From a virus, in the IMG/VR virus record IMGVR_UViG_3300035698_016806, positions 1 to 64,000 of that record: a DNA stretch of 64,000 nucleotides; one strand, written 5' to 3'. Positions 58,443 through 64,000 of the stretch are shown here, in pieces. Under the pieces are notes generated by a model. It did not search any database. It had not been told where the DNA came from and worked only from the letters and a program-made list of their open reading frames with translations. Within the stretch, counting starts at the first letter, position 1. Each line of letters begins with the position of its first letter. A program made the position numbers and the translations under genes.

Positions 58443-61400
58443 AATACCTAATCCGTTTCAACCAGAAATTAATAAGAAAGAATATTTTGATTTTGAAAGT
58501 GATAGGTTGCATACTTATTTAAAAGATATACCGTTTCATCATGAAGATATTAATTTTGTGGTAGCTGTTAATGGCGTATTTATAGTTGGGCCTTATCAAG
58601 ATGTAATTATTGAAGATCATGCTATAATTTCGGTTACAGCAAAAGTAGAAGCAACTGGGATGGCAGCATCGGCAGCAACAGCAACAATTTCTTCATCGGC
58701 TGGTGCTACAGGTGTAATTACAAGTTTAGCCACTGCATTTGAGTTCGGGGGTATTGCAGGAGCAGTAGCATATGCATCCGTGTACGTTCTGACATCCTTT
58801 GTAATTGGGTATGGTATGAGTATGTTGGCTTCTTTATTAGCCCCTGATATTGCTTCCGAAGAAACACCGAAGACAGTATATTCTTGGGCTTTAGATGGTG
58901 TTTTAAACCAAGAAGGTATAAATATACCATTAATATATGGAAAAAATAGATTACCGGGATTATTATTAAATTCTTATTTAAGTCTTGATCCTATAGATAA
59001 AACAGATGTTACTAAATTAATTGATTACTTGGTTGTAACCGGAAGTGATATTAATTTTGTTCTTGGAGCTGGTACTGAAATTTGGGATAATGATGCAGGT
59101 CCGAATGGAAATCGTGTAACTTCCTATGATACTTCCTATCTTACTTCTACATCTGGCATATTTACTTCTACTGATTTTCCTATAAATGATGCAGGGGATA
59201 CTACAACTACATTTATTATGGGTGTTGTAGGAAGTACTACTAATGATGGATCGTATAGATGCATGGTAGACACTGCAAATAAATTATGGGTATATTCACG
59301 ATCATCAGGGTCAGACTTTGCCGATAGAGGTAGGACTCTTACTTCTGAAGTTGGTACAGACGGAATGAAATTTCTTAGCCCTCCGACTAATGACGCTCAC
59401 GATGATTTTTTACATATTCAACTTGGTTTGGGTATCGGTCCAGTGGATACTATTTCGGATTTATATATTGATGCCCAAAATGAAGAAAACTATAGCGATG
59501 AAAATGTTTCCTTAGATTATAGATTAGGCACTGCTACCCAAGATATTATGGAGGGATTTGACGAAGTTACGGAAACTGCAAGTAAAAATGAGGAGGTATT
59601 GTATGCTGAAGCTCCATTGGTAATGACTACGCCTGGAGTTTGTGACAAAGTAAATGTTGTTGTTGCTTTCCCAAATGGGGTTTGGAATTTAGATAAAACC
59701 AAAGGGGGAATATATAAAGCACAAGTGAGTTATAGTGTGGAGTATAAAGCAACTACAGACCCAGACACCTCTTACGTATTTAAACAATTTCAAAATTTTG
59801 ATGAAGATGGAGATCCGTATACAGTTTTGCATAATTATCGATCTTTTTGGGCCGCAAGTAGAACTGAAATTAAGCATAAAATTGTTTTTGAGGATTTAGC
59901 CCGTGATCAATATGATATAAGAGTGACAAAACTAACCGTGGATTCAGAAGTTAGTGATATAATGAATACTCTTATTTTTTCATATGTCCAAGGGGTTTAT
60001 GCTGAAATTCTTTCTTATCCTGGATTAGCTATGTATTCAGTTGCAATAAAAGCTTCAACTCAATTTTCTGGGGGTATCCCACAAGTTAGCGTGTCTGTTG
60101 ATAAGAAAACTTTAAGTATATGGGATAAATCTTCAACACCATATTGGGATACTACTAAATTAGCAACTAATCCAGCCTGGTTAGTTTGGGATTTAATTTG
60201 CAATAAAGCAGGTATTTCCAAAGAACGGTTAATTTGGGAAGATTTTAAGGATTGGGCAGATTATTGTGATGAAAATGTTGCAGATTCTGGGGATCTCCCA
60301 GAAAAAAGGTTTGAAGTAAATATTATTATTTCAGAGGGGAATTTTTGGGATAACATCCAAAAAGTTGCTAAAATAGGCAGGGCTGCCATAATTAGAAGGG
60401 GTTATGATTATGGAGTTTTTATTGATAAATGGGAAGGCACAACACCTGTAGTATCGCATGTATTTAATTCTGGAAATATAATAGAAGATTCTTTTGAATT
60501 ACATTATATTCCAAGTAACGACAGAGCTAATATTATAGAGGTAGAATACTCTGATGCAGATCAAGAATATACAAGACAAATAGTAAGTGCTTTTTCTTCT
60601 GATTATTTAGATGAAGATAAAATTGTTAGAAAAGCAGTAATCACAATAGATGCAGCTATCTCACAAGCCCAGGCTATGCGTGAAGCGGTATATAGAATCA
60701 ATTCTAATGTCCTTCTGAATAAAATTATCACCTTCGATGCTTTTTCTGATAGTTTCACTTGTGTTGTTGGTGATTTATTTCATTTTCAACATGAGGATGT
60801 TAGTTATAATTACCAAGTTTCTGGAAGAATTGTTTCTGCAACTCAATATACTGTTACATTGGATCAAGAAGTTGAATTAATTGCTGGAATTTCATACAAT
60901 ATTTTAATTAGAATTGGCAGTATTGCTGGAGATAATAATAATATATATGAAAAGCAAATTACAAATGTACCTGGCTTAACTTCAGAATTGACTTTGTTGA
61001 GTGCTGCTGGATGGGATACAATCCCAGAGAAGTTTGATCTTTTTACTTTCGGGGAAGTTGGCACATACGATAAAATATACAAAATTACAGGTGTAACAGG
61101 GGAGGTTGATTCAGTAAGAACAATTACAGGAGGTGAATATGTTCCAGAAATATTCACTAATAATGATGCTGAAGTCATAACCGATAACATACGAAAGTTA
61201 AAAATACAAAAAGCTATGTCTGTAATAGTCAATGAATTTTTAGCATATAATCCAGATGGTAGTTTTAGTGTTCATGCCCAGGTGGTTTGGTCTCAATATT
61301 TTTCACATATCTCTACTATTTGGGAAGTATGGATGTCAAGTATATCCGAAAATGCAAATGGTACTTCTTCTGAATCTGACCCGGCTAAAATAAGAACTGG

Positions 61401-64000
61401 TAGGTCAATTATGTCAATAGAAGTTAAGGACATTCTTGAGACTGGTATTACTTATAAATTTTATATTAATGTGAAGGGACAAGGCCCATATGACCATGGA
61501 ACAAATACAAAACAGATAACCATTGCAGGATTAACGGCTCCTCCTGCTGACATTTCTGTGTTTGCGGCAACCTGGAATCCAGTAACTTTAAATGTAGAAT
61601 TTTCATGGACTGAAATTGGGGATATTGATTTAGAATATTATTTTATACGAGAAGGAGTCGCCTGGTTAGGCGGAGATGATATAGTGTGGCCCTTAAAAGG
61701 AAATGCTACCGTAAATCTTGCTATTCCATTAACTGGCGATCTCACAGAAAAAACATATTGGATGAAGGGGGTTGATACCACCGGGAATCCTTCAGCAATA
61801 GAAGCACAGGCATTGGTAGGTGGTCTTGCAGTTCCTTTGGAAATAGACACAACTGTAGGAACAGTCTTAAATTTTGATGGTGAATGGGATATTCCAACAC
61901 ATAAAGTTAAACTGACTTGGGATGCTGTTCTGTTGTCTGATGGAGTAACCCTGAACCCTCATATAGACAGATATGAAATTTATCATGGGTTTGCATGGGC
62001 AACTTCTGTTAAATCTGGACCTTATCCTTCAGGCGATGTCACAGAGATATATTTCGATGTAGAAGAAGGAACTAACGGGAATAGAACATATTGGATTCGT
62101 GCAGTTGATACAGCAGGGAATTATGCTGATATAGCTGGAACTCCTCCAGTACCACATTCAAGTAAAGTTGTTGCTATTGATACTTCTTTATCTAATGGAA
62201 TGGTTCCTGTTGGATTAACTGCTACAAGTGATTCCATCATAAATGAAGATGGTACTAATTCAGCAATATTGATAGTTTCTTGCACTGCAATGAATTTGGT
62301 TACATACCCTGAATTTTTAAAGTATTCTATTGAAATTACAAATAAAACTGAATCTCCTTTAAAACCCGTAATATATGAATATCCATTGGATGTTAACACA
62401 TTCACATTTCCTGCTATACCTAACACATCTTATGGTATCAGAATTAGGTCTGTTGATATTAGAGGAAACTTTTTTGATTGGTCAACTGAATTTCCCATTA
62501 CCAGTGCATACGATACAACTGCCCCTGCTGTTCCAACTGGTTTAACAGCTACAAGTTCATGGGCAAGTATTGTTTTAACTTGGACGATAACTGATGTTGC
62601 TGATCTAAGTCATTTTGTAATATACAGAAGAACAGTTAATAGTAGTCCTGGAAGTGCTTATGTAATTGGACAAATTGCTAAGTCAATTTCTGGTACTGCT
62701 TCCATGTACATAGACTCTCCACCGACTTCAGATTCTTATTATTATTGGGTAAGATCTGTTGATAGAACTGGTAATACCAGTACTTATTCAGCTTCGGCAA
62801 TAGGACAAACAGGCACAATCAATAGCATGGACAATACCCTCGCTTCTGTTATTGCCATGGAAGATGACCAAGTTCTTTCTGTTACTGAAAAATCTGCATG
62901 GAGAACCCAATGGGTAAGCCTGGAAAGTGCATATGATGTACTGATAGCTTTTGCTGCTTCGCTGTCTGTTTCATCAACTACGTTTGCAGGGCTTTATACT
63001 ACCCTACATGAGTATTTAAGAGATGACTTGCATGTGTGGGATCAGCAAACAGTTTCTCACTCGATAACTGGTACTGCTTTGACTTCTAAAACAACAGCTT
63101 ATTTTGATGAGTTTACAACATTAACCAATGCCTGTAATGAAGAAGCAAAAGTATCAACTACTTTATCCAGCTTAACAAATGATTCTTGTACTGTAACAAC
63201 TTATGCAGATGGCAGTGGTGGAACATACAGTACTGGAAATACAACAACTACAATGCAGATATTTACAGGTACTACATTACAAACAGGTTGGTCTTTTTCC
63301 AAAGTAGAAGGGTCAGGGCTTAATGCCACCCTTGGATCATCTTCTGGTATTTGTGTTATTACATCATTGACTGATGCTACTGATGAAAGTTATGTTACCA
63401 TTACAGCATCAAAATCTGGTTATTCTAACCAAACGTCAACATTTACTATTTCTAAATCCAAGACAGGTGCAGAAGGTACTCCACTTGTAAATAGATGGTT
63501 AACATCCAGTGTAGGTGCAATTGGAAAGAGTGAGGCTGGTGATTATAATCCAACAACTATTACTTTTTATGCATGGACACAAACAGGGGAAGATGCTCCA
63601 ACTGCATTTACTGGCGGTATGCGAGTTTATGAAAATACTACTTTAAAGGATTATGGGGGTGTACCTTCAATAACACGCACACCAAGTCCAACAGGTGTAG
63701 ATAGTGTAACCTGTAAATTATATACAACAACCTCTTATTCTGTTTTGTTAGATACTGAAGGTGTTCCAGTAGTATTTGATGGAGATGCAGGGGTAGATGG
63801 AACTGATGGGACGAATGGTACTGATGGATCTGATGGTATTGATGGTAGAACAGTTAATATTACAGCAACAGATTATAGTATTGAATACAATATTCATGGG
63901 AATACCCCTAATCCAAGTACTATACCCATCACAGCTACAAAACACAACAGCACCGGTGATGCATATTATAATTTTGAGGTAGATGGTGTTACTAAACAAC
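58423..64000 (+). CDS. Central tail fibre / tip attachment protein (gpI-like + gpJ-like fusion), 3' end outside the window
   Basis: Not in the ORF track because it has no stop in the window. From ATG 58423: IPLIYGK, NPAWLVWD, fibronectin-III-like repeats (YWIRAVDTAGN, YWVRSVDRTGN) and GxD triplets near 63780-63846. Confidence 0.85.
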   Translation, partial: MSITLVKIPNPFQPEINKKEYFDFESDRLHTYLKDIPFHHEDINFVVAVNGVFIVGPYQDVIIEDHAIISVTAKVEATGMAASAATATISSSAGATGVITSLATAFEFGGIAGAVAYASVYVLTSFVIGYGMSMLASLLAPDIASEETPKTVYSWALDGVLNQEGINIPLIYGKNRLPGLLLNSYLSLDPIDKTDVTKLIDYLVVTGSDINFVLGAGTEIWDNDAGPNGNRVTSYDTSYLTSTSGIFTSTDFPINDAGDTTTTFIMGVVGSTTNDGSYRCMVDTANKLWVYSRSSGSDFADRGRTLTSEVGTDGMKFLSPPTNDAHDDFLHIQLGLGIGPVDTISDLYIDAQNEENYSDENVSLDYRLGTATQDIMEGFDEVTETASKNEEVLYAEAPLVMTTPGVCDKVNVVVAFPNGVWNLDKTKGGIYKAQVSYSVEYKATTDPDTSYVFKQFQNFDEDGDPYTVLHNYRSFWAASRTEIKHKIVFEDLARDQYDIRVTKLTVDSEVSDIMNTLIFSYVQGVYAEILSYPGLAMYSVAIKASTQFSGGIPQVSVSVDKKTLSIWDKSSTPYWDTTKLATNPAWLVWDLICNKAGISKERLIWEDFKDWADYCDENVADSGDLPEKRFEVNIIISEGNFWDNIQKVAKIGRAAIIRRGYDYGVFIDKWEGTTPVVSHVFNSGNIIEDSFELHYIPSNDRANIIEVEYSDADQEYTRQIVSAFSSDYLDEDKIVRKAVITIDAAISQAQAMREAVYRINSNVLLNKIITFDAFSDSFTCVVGDLFHFQHEDVSYNYQVSGRIVSATQYTVTLDQEVELIAGISYNILIRIGSIAGDNNNIYEKQITNVPGLTSELTLLSAAGWDTIPEKFDLFTFGEVGTYDKIYKITGVTGEVDSVRTITGGEYVPEIFTNNDAEVITDNIRKLKIQKAMSVIVNEFLAYNPDGSFSVHAQVVWSQYFSHISTIWEVWMSSISENANGTSSESDPAKIRTGRSIMSIEVKDILETGITYKFYINVKGQGPYDHGTNTKQITIAGLTAPPADISVFAATWNPVTLNVEFSWTEIGDIDLEYYFIREGVAWLGGDDIVWPLKGNATVNLAIPLTGDLTEKTYWMKGVDTTGNPSAIEAQALVGGLAVPLEIDTTVGTVLNFDGEWDIPTHKVKLTWDAVLLSDGVTLNPHIDRYEIYHGFAWATSVKSGPYPSGDVTEIYFDVEEGTNGNRTYWIRAVDTAGNYADIAGTPPVPHSSKVVAIDTSLSNGMVPVGLTATSDSIINEDGTNSAILIVSCTAMNLVTYPEFLKYSIEITNKTESPLKPVIYEYPLDVNTFTFPAIPNTSYGIRIRSVDIRGNFFDWSTEFPITSAYDTTAPAVPTGLTATSSWASIVLTWTITDVADLSHFVIYRRTVNSSPGSAYVIGQIAKSISGTASMYIDSPPTSDSYYYWVRSVDRTGNTSTYSASAIGQTGTINSMDNTLASVIAMEDDQVLSVTEKSAWRTQWVSLESAYDVLIAFAASLSVSSTTFAGLYTTLHEYLRDDLHVWDQQTVSHSITGTALTSKTTAYFDEFTTLTNACNEEAKVSTTLSSLTNDSCTVTTYADGSGGTYSTGNTTTTMQIFTGTTLQTGWSFSKVEGSGLNATLGSSSGICVITSLTDATDESYVTITASKSGYSNQTSTFTISKSKTGAEGTPLVNRWLTSSVGAIGKSEAGDYNPTTITFYAWTQTGEDAPTAFTGGMRVYENTTLKDYGGVPSITRTPSPTGVDSVTCKLYTTTSYSVLLDTEGVPVVFDGDAGVDGTDGTNGTDGSDGIDGRTVNITATDYSIEYNIHGNTPNPSTIPITATKHNSTGDAYYNFEVDGVTKQ

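Noticed and set aside
58423-64000. Diversity-generating retroelement target in the tail fibre
   Set aside because: No reverse transcriptase and no adenine-variant template/variable repeat pair seen in the window.

Overview
The window is a 64 kb segment of an AT-rich tailed dsDNA phage, most likely a siphovirus; no integrase or lysis genes are visible. The left arm (1 to ~38.1 kb, minus strand) carries a near-complete replisome: clamp-loader ATPase, UDG-fused family A polymerase, beta-type sliding clamp, DnaB helicase, iteron-containing initiator, primase and SF2 helicase. It also holds modification-type enzymes (B12-type radical SAM, a two-frame C5 methyltransferase, a second MTase-like gene, a PAPS-reductase-family protein, a minimal RlmN-like radical SAM) and many small early genes. 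A ~2.2 kb repeat-rich non-coding region (38.1-40.3 kb) separates this arm from the plus-strand morphogenesis operon: terminase, portal, scaffold, capsid, neck, tail tube, frameshifting chaperone, tape measure and lambda-like tail tip, which runs off the window end. Four inteins are present. Most notable observations: (1) the terminase intein encodes its HNH endonuclease in a different, fully nested reading frame with its own RBS; (2) nine copies of a 21-bp palindrome punctuate the early genes, with half-sites fused to three Shine-Dalgarno sequences and a candidate small RNA displaying their exact complement; (3) a C4/CI-like multi-loop antisense leader lies upstream of the replication operon; (4) an intein sits at the conserved Cys of the UDG domain. 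All calls come from reading motifs by eye; no database searches or folding programs were run.
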